A stretch of 64,000 nucleotides of DNA. It comes from Paraspadella gotoi. Taxonomy: Eukaryota; Animalia; Chaetognatha. Shown piece after piece: positions 12,179 to 25,400 of this stretch (position 1 is the stretch's first letter; each line of letters opens with the position of its first letter). Made by a program: the position numbers and the translations under genes. The notes beneath the pieces are model-generated. The model had not been told where the DNA came from and did no database searches. It saw only the letters and a program-made list of their open reading frames with translations. Where the stretch lies: positions 24,364,990 through 24,428,989 of the forward strand of contig CM119266.1 in NCBI GenBank assembly GCA_051294375.1, given 5' to 3'.

Positions 12179-14199
12179 GCTCTCTCTCTATCTCTCTCTC
12201 TCTCTCGACCGTGACGCGTCGTCGTGATTAGTGGCTCGGGGTCTCTGGGTCGACAGCTCCGCTAATTGGACTTTCAAACTTTTGTGATAAATTCGGTCCA
12301 GAAAAAAAGAGGAAAAGATTGAAGTGGTTGAGAGTCATTTCGTTTTTTATCAAAGTAAAAAATGATTTGAGTTCTGTTTTCTGAGGGAACATTTTTTTTT
12401 TTCGGGCCACTTTTGTTTGGCGCTTCGCTGTGCTCAATTCTTGGTAATTTTTGCTTAGTTCAGTTTTTATTATACTTTTTTTAACTAAAATATTAGGAAA
12501 AAACAGTTTTTGTTTGACAACGATTTATTGACCCACAGATTCTAGTTCAACATGTCTTCGGCTCATTCATTTAGAGCCTTCATCCAGGTTGTTGGACAAT
12601 ACAGATAATTTTCGTCTCTGTTGAAGTACAGTTTTGAGAGAGGAGAGAAAAAAACGGACGAGAAAAGGGGGAAATATAGCCGGGCAGCGAAGAGAGAGAA
12701 ATTAGGAGGAGTTTTCCCAACCAGAATAAGGTAAAGGACAAAAGGGTGTCACGATCTGAGACGAACAAGCTGAGAGGTGAGGAGTACGGAGAAAGGAAGA
12801 AGAAAGTGGCTTTGACAACGAAACACTGAACAAAAAGTGAGCAGTGGGATAGACGGGAGATTGAGAGAGGGAGAGAGGACGAGAGGAGGAGAGGAGAGGG
12901 AGAGCACAGATGAGGAATTCAGGAGCAAACGCCAAAAATTTTTTAAACAATCTTCACATTTAGCCCAATGACAACAAGATAAAATGCCATCGAAATCTAA
13001 ACATAAACTGAATTAAGTTACAATAGAAATTAATAAGTTAGGTAGAATAAAGTTAAAATTGTGAATAGAAAAATAAGTGGTGAGGGAAATAGATAAGTGA
13101 AGAAAAAGTGAAGTAAAGTAAAAGGAAAAAGCATGCTCAAAAATGAGCTGGCCCCCCCCCCGGCCGGGCGCAAATGGAGGACGTTGACGATAAAGTCGGT
13201 GTCATTATGGACCCTGTCATAGGTCGCTTGCCGAGGGCTTATACTTGTTAGAGTGTTGCATATCGCTGGATCCGGAAGCAGCCATCCGCTTCCGGGCGAA
13301 AAATGCGTCCAAGTTGCGTACTCGTATATCCCTAATGGAGGCGCTGATAACGGCCCTGCCGACAGCCCTCCTCCCTCCACCTGACGGTGAGGCAGGCCAG
13401 TTGCCTGTCTCTGGCTCGTTTTGCACAGGAGCAAGAGTACAGACTCCTCTCCCATCCTCTCGATAAGCTCATCGTTTGGCGCGACGCTCAGTGCGGAGAG
13501 AAGTCGCGCCAGAGTGCTACATACGGTTCAAGGAACGGATTATCGGACATCCATTGCCTGCTGAGAGGACTCCGCCTCTGTCCGATCTTGCTCATGTACG
13601 TCGGGAACAGGGAATCCATTGTGCGGTTGGTGGTGTGGCTCTCGGGCCACAGTCACCACGCATTGGGATCCAATAGAGGCGATCATAGCTGGAGGAAGCG
13701 AATCGTCTCCATCACGGGTTCAGAGAGAGTTCGAGAGCTTTTGATGTAGATCCCTCTCTAATACCCTCTAGAAAACAACCAGTTTTGGTCATGGACAGAC
13801 GAGACAGTCACGTTCTCTGATAAACAGCCCATGGCACAGAATTTGCCGTGTGCTCGGCAATGGCCGATAAGTAATGACCCTGTGGGTCCCCGATATTGGG
13901 CTTTTGATGTGCTGCTTCTGAACCGATCCGTCAGAGACTTTCCTGTCCTCGCCCACGTTTATGCTGGACTGTGCAGGTTGGTTGCGCCTTCCCTGCAACA
14001 GGCCGCGCCAGTTAGACGGCGTCACTGATGCTTTTCCGGGGTGGCGTGGGGATTTTTCCGTTCCTTTCGGATTTCACCAATTGCTCACGGTAAAGGAGCC
14101 GCCGGAGTATCCCCTGCTGCCAGCACCCGCACCAGTGCTTCAGTGATCCCCTGGTGGTGAGGAAGGGAGACATGACCCACGTTTCCTGAGACGCTTCTG

Positions 14200-15422
14200 C
14201 CTTATCTCCCACCTTGGCTGTGGTGGGCCGGTCGTCCATAATAACTAAAATATATGTACTATTTTTAGTAAAAACACTTTTATTTTTAGTTTTTTTGGGG
14301 TTTAAAAATGGGTATATTTCTAATTTCTTTTACGGGGTGTCATTAGGGTACTCGTGCTGAGAAGAGGCTCTTTCCTAAACCTTATTTGTATGTTCTTTTT
14401 TTAGATCAACTCTAAATGAAATTCTCATTCATGATTTAAGATGATGGTAGTCCCATAATTACCGCATTTATAAAAAAAGTCCTGCGCGCAAAAAAATACG
14501 TAAGATATATCTGACACTTTACTTACCTCCTTTCTTTCCTGTTACCCGAGTTTTAAAGACAATGTCTTCGCTGGTTTTCTTCAGGCATCAGGCGAGACTT
14601 TCACGAACTATGTATGTAATTTCAACCAAGCGCTCGTTTGTTGAAATAATTTGTTTGCGATAAGTGATCCAAACGGCGGTCTGATCAATCCCGAAAGAAC
14701 CAGTGGAAACGTAACACAGTAAACATTAAAGAAAACGTCGAATTTATAAGGTCGTGATATAGTGGAAATAAAGTAATTTCGGAATGAGGAAGCAGGCGTA
14801 CGACCCGCATCCGATCATTTTTCAGCCAACTTTGAAATGCAGCCACTAATTTCCCGGATCATGAATCAATTACACATCCCGTCGAGACTAATTCATGAAT
14901 CAACCTTACAATCCGGCCATTCGACCCGCTTAAATCGTTATATGCAAAAATAAAAAACCGCCACTCAACTTCACATTTCTTTTATGCCGTGCGCTGTTTT
15001 CCCAGCTCTCTCCCTTTTTTTTATAATATCATCAAAAATTCGCAGCTTTCTCTTTAATCTTTATTTTTTATTTCTCCTCTTCCTCATTCCTTTCTTTTTC
15101 TCTCTTTTCTATTTTTATATAGGGTGCCGTCTTCTCCAATTTCAGCGTTCATTAGGGTGTTCAAAAGCTCTCTCCCGCCGTCCGCCCCTCTGACCGCCGC
15201 ACGTCCGACGACCGCTCGTTTCCGGACGCCGCCGTCGATACGCCCGCCACCGATCGCCCGTTCTCATCGTCGCTCGTCGTACATGGTCGTCTGCTTCATC
15301 GCCGCCTTTTGTTCCTCCCACGAACTTCGGAATCGGGTTTTAGTATCTTCGCTCTCCGTTACATTTAAAGTGCTTGTCAAATGTTTTCCTTTTCTTCTTC
15401 TTCTTCTTCTCTTCTCTATCCT

Positions 15423-15497
<75 letters not shown>

Positions 15498-18400
15498 CTT
15501 CTGCCCTCTTTCTCCTTTTCTCTCGCTCCTTCATATTCCTCCCGGCCCGTCTTTCATCCCTACCGGGGACGAAAAAGAGATAGTGAGGATGCTGCTGAAA
15601 ATTGATTTTTATGCGCAAATGAGGCAGCGTAAGGAACGGACGAATAATGGTGCCTTGGTCTTTGCGCGAACTACGAGTGGGATAGGGCTCTCCCAGTCAC
15701 GAGCAGATTGCGTGGCCTCACCCGCATTCACGCATATACCAGTCGATCACACGGCTTCCGGCCCTACGGGCCACTAGCGCCGATTCGACACCGGGCACTG
15801 ACGCGCTCTGACGCGACCGCGACCTCGCTCCCGCTCTCACGAAGCCTGACCAGACGGACGACAAAACGCCGGACCGGCCCAGAAATGACGAATTCGCCGA
15901 CTCATCTGTCGTCTTTGTCCTTGTTGTCTACCCTGTTGTGCCAATTATACCATTTATCCATCCTTATATCCTTTTCTTAATATATACTAATTACATTCTA
16001 CTAAATTTTCGCAATGTTTATTGAATATTGTTAACGTCGAGCATATTGAAACGCACTTTCATTAATTGGGAAAAAAATATTTATACTTTCCCTTTCTTCG
16101 TTCTCTTTCTTTCTATTTTTGCTTCTTTCTTTCTTCTTTACCTTTCTTCTTTCTCTTTCTTTCCTTCTCTCTCTCCTTTCTTTCTATCCATTTTCGAGCT
16201 TTGTTTTTGCACATTTATTTTTCCGAATACTCATAAGTATATGGATTTAATTAAAAATAAAATCCGTCGACACAAATGAAGGCGGGCCGCAGCGGTTTGT
16301 CGGGCGCTTTCTATTCTCTCGTCTACTCTCTCTCTCTCACTCTCCTCTCCTCTCTCCTTCTCTCTCTCTCCTTCTCTCTCTCTTCTCTCTCTATCTTACT
16401 CATCATCTCCGTAATCGCATCTCCTCTTACTTCTCCCTTCTCTCTGCTCTCTTCTCCTCTCGATTAATTTCCCACCCCTCTTTTTGAAAAAAAAAAAAAA
16501 TGAGATTCTTTAGCATAAATTTGAGTCCGGAAGCAACGGTTTATGGAAGTGGCGGAACCGATATTCCGCGCCTTCAATAGGACGCTACTGGACGGAGCCG
16601 CAGCTCCCCCATGCTAAGGCGATAGGCGCAGCTACATCCAGCGCCAGATTGTGTGGATTTTCGGCCAACTACTCAAAGATTGGACGGGCCCGTCAGAGAC
16701 GGCTCAGAAAAGTCGCTAGCGCTGTGTCTTGGCGATACGCCATAATGGCGCTCAGGGGAAACATTTCAATCGTACACGGAAACCCTCCGATGCGGTGCGA
16801 GCGGCCAGGCCGCGCGCAGATAGCGGCCTGCGCACGTGCTGCTGGTTAAAATGGCAGAAGTGGACCGCGAGCGGATCTGCCGAGGAAATTTGAATGTGTG
16901 ACTTCGCGGTGCTGAGCCTGGAGCGAAAAGGCTTTCTGCGAACCGTCCCACAACCAGTCTACCTAGTGGACTGCTCTATATGGTTCTCTTGTGAGAAGAA
17001 AAATGGGCCGAGTGTCCTACTCACAGTAACTAACATAAAGATCATCGTGGACGTGAGCAGCGTCCTTGGACCATAAACCCAAGACATCTTATCGTCTCCC
17101 CGCAATGGAAGCTTTAAATCGAGAAATAATTCGTTTTACATATCCTACCAAGGTTTGGTCATACTCTATTCTCTCTTGAATGAACTTACAAGAGCAAGCT
17201 ACTTCCAAACACTCGGAGGACCCACAAACCCACCAACTCATGCCCACCCTGACTACATCCGCTTTCTCTCCTAGGACCCACTTGGTCCGCCCGCCTCCTC
17301 CTCCCTTTCCTCGGCCACTCCTGGATCATTCCGTCCAATCCAAATTTCCTATCCGCCACACTTTTGATTTTATCTTTTCAGCCCCAGCGCCATACGCGCA
17401 ACTAATTGGAGCACCAATACCCCCGAGCCGACTACTTGTCCCACCGGAATAAAAGAACCTCGATTCCCCCGTTCCTAGGGTAACCATCCCTCAAACTCGG
17501 ACGTTAATTTCCATTTGCTCACGCTTTGAAATTATGGAAATAATAAAATAAAAAACCAACGAAAAATACTCGTTTGCTCGATTCCAAACGAAACCGATAA
17601 CAAATAGACAATATTTTATAAATTTCCGTCGATTTCTTTGGCGCTGATGGCTCTTGCCGCCACGTTGCAACGCAAGCTCTGACTAGTCATCGATGACGCG
17701 CAGAATGGCATCACTCGGATGACCGTCCCATGAAGTCGGAGAGCAGAGAGTGAGGGAATCGACGGCACAGCGACCGATCCATTTCTCGAGCAACTCTGCA
17801 AGTACGCCATGCCTGGAGCGTTTTTAACCGCGGCCGCCGCTAGCGACGGTGGATAGAGCGTTGACGTTTCAACTCACATCGAGATACATCCTGACAACAA
17901 ACACAAATTGACGACGACATTCCGAGCGACGATTTTAATCGATCGTCACGAGCTCGAGAAAGAGGCAAAAAGTACGCGGCTCAAAGGACAAAAAAAAAAA
18001 CAAAGTATAGAAACAACAAAAAAAAAAAAAAGAAAAAATAAAAAAAAACAAAAAAAGATGGAAAAACGAAAAAACAAAAAAGTAAGGAAGGACTCTTAGC
18101 GCGCCGAAAAACACGTATTACATAGTAACGAAATTGCGTGAAATAAGAAAATATAGAGGAAATAGCCTAGGTCCTGCGACTTGCGCCTCGACCGCTACGA
18201 ACCCTCACACTCATGGAGACCTACATAAGAACCCACTCGATATCGGAAGTGGCACAACTGAGCTCGTAAGTCATAACACAACGCCCCGGCGACGACTGAC
18301 GTACGCGACGCGACCACACGGTACGACGAAACCCCTGTCACGCACGACCGATCGTACCGACGAATAGGCGGCACATCGACGACGAGCGAACGACGGAACG

Positions 18401-20559
18401 ACGACGAACACTGCAGACCTGATCTCCTCCAAAACTGAATTTAGAATTAAAGCGGGCGTGGCAGAACTGCAAGAAACGGAGGTAGAAAGCCAGACTCATA
18501 GGACATACCTTCATATACCTCTATGTACATTCAGCAACATTAGATACCTCTTGAACAGGGCGATGAAGGTTTACCGGGCGAGCGATCTGCATGAGTATAT
18601 CTATTTTTAGGCTATCTGATGATCCATGAAGTGTGTACTATACGTTGATCTTAAAGTTCTAAGCGACGGTCACCACCAACTCTACAAGAGACCATATTAT
18701 GATCCGTGACGTCTCTTAATTTGGCTAAACTCTGATCTCGGCGCCCGTCCACTGGATGCATCGTAAAAAATAACTGAATATATACTTATACTAACAGAAT
18801 CGACGGACGAAGCCTCAGTGGCTAAGTTACTTGTTATTGACGTTATGTCCTCTTTATGTTCGTTGGTGACCACTGCAACAATTGTTAAAGCGACAAACCT
18901 CGCGTATCTCTTCTCTCTCTCTCTCTGTTTGCTCTCTCTCTCTCCTCCTCTCTCTCTCTTTGTCCTCCAGATTTCATTCGAGAAAATCCACGCGACCCGT
19001 GGATATGGTTGGTCGACCGGGTGACGCTGTGTTGGTGATACGGACGAAATTGGAAACATTGCAGTCACCCGACGACGCCATGAAAACATTGAAAAGGATA
19101 AACAATAACACCAAGAAAGGGAAACAAAACAATTTAATGAAAAAAAAAAACCAAGAAAACGAGTTCTAAGGAAGAAAATTTCACTAATCAGCGTTTCGTT
19201 TTTTGTTGTCTTTTTTTTTTTCGCTCCATTCCGACGAGGCAAAAGACGCATTCACGAGCGCGGCACGAATCAAGAAGATAGGAAGACACGCGAAGAGAGA
19301 CACGATAACTGCCCTGTGAAGAGATTTGACGGGTTATTAGTTAAACATCTCAAGTCAGAAGTCCGAACACAATATTAGATCAATACAGTTTAATTTTTAA
19401 ACTGCTATCGACTATACCTGCCTAAATAACAGGTACAAAGCACAAAACACTGAAACACCTACATCTGTCTGGCAAGCGCGGAATCGAAAGAGGAACATCT
19501 GTGGATTTGTGCTTGTGCAAACGGGGGACAAGTACAACTCGTATCCCACGTCTCGCTTCCCTCGCCTCGCTACGAATCTCCAAACGCTCTACTCCGGTAT
19601 TCCCTAACTTCTACTCCCTATTGTCCTACTCGTCCTATTCTACACAATTTCTACTTTTAACTCCTCACTAACCTTAATCCACTTCCGATATTACCCTACC
19701 TTTCTATAGACACTCCTGTTAAGATGATATTCCCTACACTTCCATTGAGAGCCATCAATATCCGTCTACCTTCCCTAGCTCTGCCTATTGTTCTCTGTTC
19801 GGCCCTCAAACGCCCACCTCCATAGGTCCGTAACTGCCCTAGTCTTTTCAACTCCGCACTGCAACCCTGCCGGAGGATCCCAAGAGTAACTCCACCCATC
19901 ACTTTCTAGTGCCTCCCACTGTAATTTTCATACTCCACAACTATTCCATACTGTCTAGATACAATTTAGTCTCTTCTACTACTACATTCCTTACTCTTCG
20001 TCGACTCCTATTCCCATCACATCTGTCACTCCTATCCCGCTCCATACTTATACTCTGGCCTTCCCTACTTCGCACTCACTCCTCTACATCTACATCCCTC
20101 CTTTACTGGATTTCTTTCCCTATTTACTATTTAGACCTAAAATCACCATTGAATCTCTTTCTGTCCCTCAATTCCCCACTTCTCAGACTTGTCGAACCTC
20201 ACCAGTCCACAGGTACTTCCCAACACGCCTCTACGTCTCTCCGGACTTACTACGCGACCTCTAATTCCCACTCTCCGCCGGTCGTTCTCGCGACGCGGCC
20301 TCCTTTCATATTCCGCTACTAAACCAGCTGCCACCCTGCTTCATTTCACGTCTTCCCTCACCCCACCGGACAAATTCTATATCCCCTTTTCCATCTCCTG
20401 ACAAGGCAACGGCCCGCCGGCGACGTCTCTCGCCGGCCCGCTACTTCAGCGACTTGTTAGATTAAATCAACGACTACCTCTAATTCTTAGTTCCAAAGAA
20501 CAAAATAAAATAGAGCAGGAATTCTCCTCTCTCTCCTCTCATACTCTCTCTCATCTCTC

Positions 20560-20601
<42 letters not shown>

Positions 20602-21971
20602 TCTTCTGCTCCTCTCTGCTTCTCTCTCCCGGCTCGATTTCCCTCCTTTTATCTTTCCCCCTTTTTTCTTCCTTCCTGCTCCGGCTCTCTAATCGAAAAA
20701 TTTCATTTGCGAGCCGTCCGCTCACTGAATTTCCTGCTATCAAGCGCGAAGTTAATGCGGGTGCGAACAATCCAACGAGAAGAAAGGAGACGACCAGCAT
20801 ACAGACCCTGTGCGGAAGGAGCAAGGAGACAAGCCCAAAAGACCAGGGTCAGGCGAAAAAAGGCATCAGGAAGTAAAAGGAAAAAGGTTAGTAACGTCAG
20901 CTATGATTAGTGAGCAGCTATACAATTAACAAGGTCATGAAAACGGGATGTAGTGAAACCATACTAATGGTAGACCAGCACGAGAAAAAAAGGAGAATAA
21001 TTAGGCGACAATTAAAAACAATTTTCCTGGCGTGACCCATGACCGCACTCCAGATGAGCAAAACAAAACGAGAGGGGGAGCGATCATTAAGGTTCGTAGA
21101 AAGAGTATAAAGAGATGTCTGGTCTGGTCCTTCTCATTAGTTTTTACGATTAAAATGCCAAAGCGGATAGACCAAAACAAGCCGAGATCGGCGTTATACT
21201 GACTTCAAATTTTTCTACAAAAAGAGAACGCAGAAGTTGTCTGATAAAAAAATTATTCCGCAGAACACATATAGCTTAAGAAAGGAAAAAGTAATGTAAA
21301 AAAAAGAACTAGATGGACAAGGGACAGCAGCAAGTGGGAAAAGGAGAGGAGGATGAAATAGAATAATCACCATGAAGAAGAGCAATTTTCCAGGAAACAA
21401 GGCAGGCTTGACTCTGAAAGCAAAAGCAGAGGAACAAAAGCAAAGAAATAAACCAGAGAGAAATCTTTCGGACAAAAAAAACATTTGCCAAAGAGCAAGC
21501 TCGGGATATATATTTTTTCACGGGTTGAATTCAAAGATAAGAAAGGAATTGGGTCTTAATCGATCGACAGGCGGCAGGAAGGGAGAGAAGGAGGAGAGAC
21601 GATTGGCGCACCGACGAGGGAAAAGTGAGAGGAGCGACGACAGCGAGGCAGACGGCAAGAAGGAGAAGCGATACCGAGAGGTGGAAGGCAGGGAGGGATG
21701 ACGAGAGCGAGAGGAGACGGAAGAGAGGGAAGAGAGAGAGGAGAGAAGAGAGAGAGAGAGAGAGAGAGGGAGAGGAAGAGAGAGAAGGGGGGAAGGAGAG
21801 TAAGCAATTTCCTTCAGAATTCCTCCGCCATCTTTCTACCTCTTACAAACAATCATCTCTATCTATTCCATGTTTCTCTCTCTCTTTCTCTCTCCTCTTC
21901 TCTCTCTCATCTCTCTCTCTCTCTCTCTCTCTCCGCTCCCTCTCTCTGCTCTCTCTCTCTCTCTCTCTCCT

Positions 21972-22005
<34 letters not shown>

Positions 22006-22762
22006 CTCTCATCTCTCCTCTCTCTCTCCCCTCTCTCTTTCCCTCTCCTTTCCTCCTTCCCTCATCCTTACCATAAATCAAGAATGGTTTTCATTGTGGA
22101 TTTTTCCCTTTCCCGCGATTGTCTTCTTCCCCCGAGTTCTTTTCGATGTACTTCATTTTATCTCTCTTCTGATCCGATAATTTTTTTTCTCGTAATTTAT
22201 GTTGGATTCTTCCTTCTTTCAATTTTCGCGCAGTATCAAGTCCTTTCTCTTTCTTTTTATCTCTGCCTTTGTTGGCTCTAAAGCTTCTCTCTTCGACTCT
22301 CCCGAGTTTAAATTTTTATTTCTCAACTTTCCCACCTGATTCCTTTCCCACTTTCCCGCTTCGTTTCCACCCTTTCCACCTTTCCACCCCTTAACATCTC
22401 TCACTCCAACCACCCACCCCATGACACCTCCCATCTTCCGCCACTTCTCTCCCCCGCCCCGCCTCCCCCCTCTCCCACCTCACTAGGCCTCTTCATACCT
22501 CAATCATCTTCTTGTCGCTCGAGGCTTCATCCTTCAAGCCAAATCTGACGTTCAATTGGCGCTTGGAATTTTCTCCCATCCGCCGCCTCCGCCGCCTTCC
22601 GGCAGCTCTCCGAGCTCTCCCCGCCTCGCCCCTACCACAGCGTCCCCAGGCCCACGCTTTACCTCCCGCAGCCGCCACTGCAAGGCCCGCCTCTTTCCCA
22701 GCCAAACGAAAAGAATCGGAGTTCTCTCTCTCCTCTTCTCTCTACTCTCTCTCTTCCTCTCT

Positions 22763-22802
<40 letters not shown>

Positions 22803-25400
22803 GTCTCTCTCAACTCTCTCTCTCGGTCTCCCTCCCACGCAATCGACTTTTGATGAAGCTCGAGGAATCCGGACCTCTCGACCTTCTCGCTACCTTCCTC
22901 CCGCTGACCCATTCACTTTCGTGCCAACGATTATCCCAACTTTTTCGTTCAGTATTCAGCGCCCACCTCTCTCTTCTCCCCTTCTCCTCTCCCCCCTCTC
23001 TTCTTCCCCCCGCTGAGGAGTCGTTACCTATTTCCAAACCGAGGCCCGTCTTCGGCGTATTTCTCCTCTCCCTAACCTTTTCATTCCCTGTTATTTTCGA
23101 TACACTCTTTTTTTCCGCTAGGGCAAGCCGGCCCTTTTTTATTTCTTAATTTCTTCCGTTTTTCTTTTAGACCTCACCCTTCTCCGATACTATTTTGTAT
23201 TTCGCTGGATTTGATCCTTTTTTTTTTTTCGTCCGTCTTTCAAATTTCCCGAACTCTTTGTTTTATTATTACGTCTATTTTAGTCTATTTTATTATTTAT
23301 TTAGATCATTTTTTGTTTTATTTTTAACTCTAGACACTATCCCATTTTTCATCTTCATTTTCCAATTTAATTCTACTCTGAGGAAGTTTCCCATTACTCA
23401 TTTATTCAATTCTTAAACCATCTGTGCCCTCTAGCATTCCACTCTTCTCAACACCTTTTCCATTCTCCCGCCCATTTTCTTTCCTGCTCATCTCCCTTCT
23501 TCCCACTCACTGTCCCCCCCTCCCCCATTTCCCTTATTCCATTCCCTCCCCAATATTTCCACTCGTCTCCCCCTTTTAACCATCTCCTCACTTCTTTTCC
23601 TTTCCGCAAGGATACTTTCATCTTTAATTTAGCTTCTTCGCGTCTCCCCCAAGGGGATGGGGGCTTCCAGCGTGAGGCCGGCAACATTCACGGCTTTCCG
23701 CCGGCAGACGGTACGTAAACTGCAAGCAATAGCAGCATTGGAAATCATGCCAAGCCAAGATGTTTATAAACGATTTCTTGTCTGCTTTTGTTTGTTTTAC
23801 GTCTTTATAACATGCAAGGCAGACATTTTTTACTTACTTAACTTTTCTTGTTCGTTACTTTTAAGCAGCCCACCATAAATATCGCACCTGAAGTTTTCTC
23901 CTTTCATTTTACCCCCAGGCGGTTAGCGGTTTTTATAATAAGTCTGCCGCTCAAGACTGACACTTTTGTCTCCCCGAATTGACCTCCAACCAAACGAAGA
24001 GATTTCTCCCTTCTCAATTCGACTTCGAATTGAATATTTCGTCCGGTCAAAAAATTAAAGAAAGCTCTTCAGACTTTTTCTAGATTTAAATACTTTTCCT
24101 ATTTCATTTCAGCTAAGCATTTACGAATGTTGTTTATAAAATATAATCTTTCCTTTCTCCACTTCTTCACTTTCTCTTCTTCTCCGCCAGTCACTTTCCC
24201 ATCTTACGTTTTCTTTTTTCGCTACAAGAATAAGCCCAAGCCTTTCCACCCCTACCAGATATGCTTGTTTTTCTTCCCCTCTCTCCCCTTCTTTTCTCTG
24301 TCTTTTTCTTTCCTTCTTTCCTCCCCTTTTTTCCTTCCTCCACTTTTTTCCCGCTTTCCACTCACTTCCTCCTATTTCCCTCCCCTTTCTCCCCATATTC
24401 ATCTTCCCCCCGGTCTTGTTATCATCTCCTCTTTTCCTCCCTCCCTTTCCTTCCGCCTCTAACCCCCCCCTCCCGGCCCGCCACCGGCGAATCCTTTCAA
24501 TTTTTCATTCCAATTTTTCTTTCTCTTTGGTATCTCTTTCCGGCCATCTCAACTTCTACTTTGCCATTTATCAACCGGCCATGCGTCTTCGTTGTTCTTT
24601 CCCGCCGCCCGCCGTTTGCGACAGACGACGACGACGACGACGACGAAAGAGACTTCATATTAAGAGAGGAAAGACTTGCCGAGATCGCGCCGATTCCCCG
24701 ATTAGTTCCCCTCCGCCCTGGCCTGTCCCCTACAGCTCTCGCCCCCGGTCAAATGTCTGGCTCCCGTCCTGTCTTGTATAAATAAATGCCCAAAAGGCAA
24801 AAATACAATCTCTATCCCCCGTGCCGGTCGGTTCTCTCTCCTCTTCATCTCTCTCTCTCTCTCGCTCTCTCTCTCTCTCTTCTCTCTCTCTCTTCTCTCC
24901 TCTCTCCTCCCCATACCTCCGCTCCATATGAAGGTCATCGGAGACCCTTTCTCAGTTTTTCATGCACTCGCGAAGTTTCTTCCATTCGGATTGACTCGCC
25001 GCTTTGCGGCCAGTGCCAACTGTCGAATTGCGTTGTTGCCCACAGCGAATTGGTATCGGGGCTTCAGAGCGGCGCTCGGCGCTGAGCGACGCTGTGAGAC
25101 GGCGACAGCGCGGAGATGGCGAGACGCAGGAAGAGGGAGTTGGCGGGGAAATATCTCTACTCTCCTTGGGGCTATACTAGAATATTTTATATTGGCCAGG
25201 TTGTTGTTTCCTATTTACAAAAAAATCATCATCATCGACATAATCCATAATCGTGGACAAATATTCAGTCTCTCTTTAGTCTTTTTAGTTTTCCTTTTTT
25301 TTTTTGTTTTCTTTTTTATAAACAAAACAAAAACACAAAAGTTATGTACTGACTTCTATCGTTTTGACTTTGCTGTCAATATTTATGTGAGAACGTTTTG
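14200..25400 (+). repeat. Copy 1 of an ~11-kb direct duplication (insertion-rich; probably raw long-read sequence)
   Basis: Collinear anchors shared with 28897-39603 (approximate positions): cttatctcccac 14201/28899; gaagaggctctttcctaaacc 14361/29056; aacggcggtctgatcaat 14672/29339; tttgagtccggaagc 16520/30823; ccaaaactgaatttagaat 18429/31871; cgtctcccccaaggggatggg 23641/37906; aaagctcttcagactttttctagatttaaatactttt 24061/38356; tatgaaggtcatcgg 24927/39167; agttatgtactgacttctat 25340/39551. Confidence 0.9.

Noticed and set aside
13150-14200. High-complexity ~55% GC stretch with several short ORFs that looks like foreign (HGT) DNA
   Set aside because: No recognisable protein, and it adjoins the insertion-inflated duplicate copy, so it is most likely a low-quality segment of a raw long read.
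21556-23149. Numerous SLSL/ERER-rich ORFs (also throughout the window)
   Set aside because: Translations of (CT/GA)n microsatellites.
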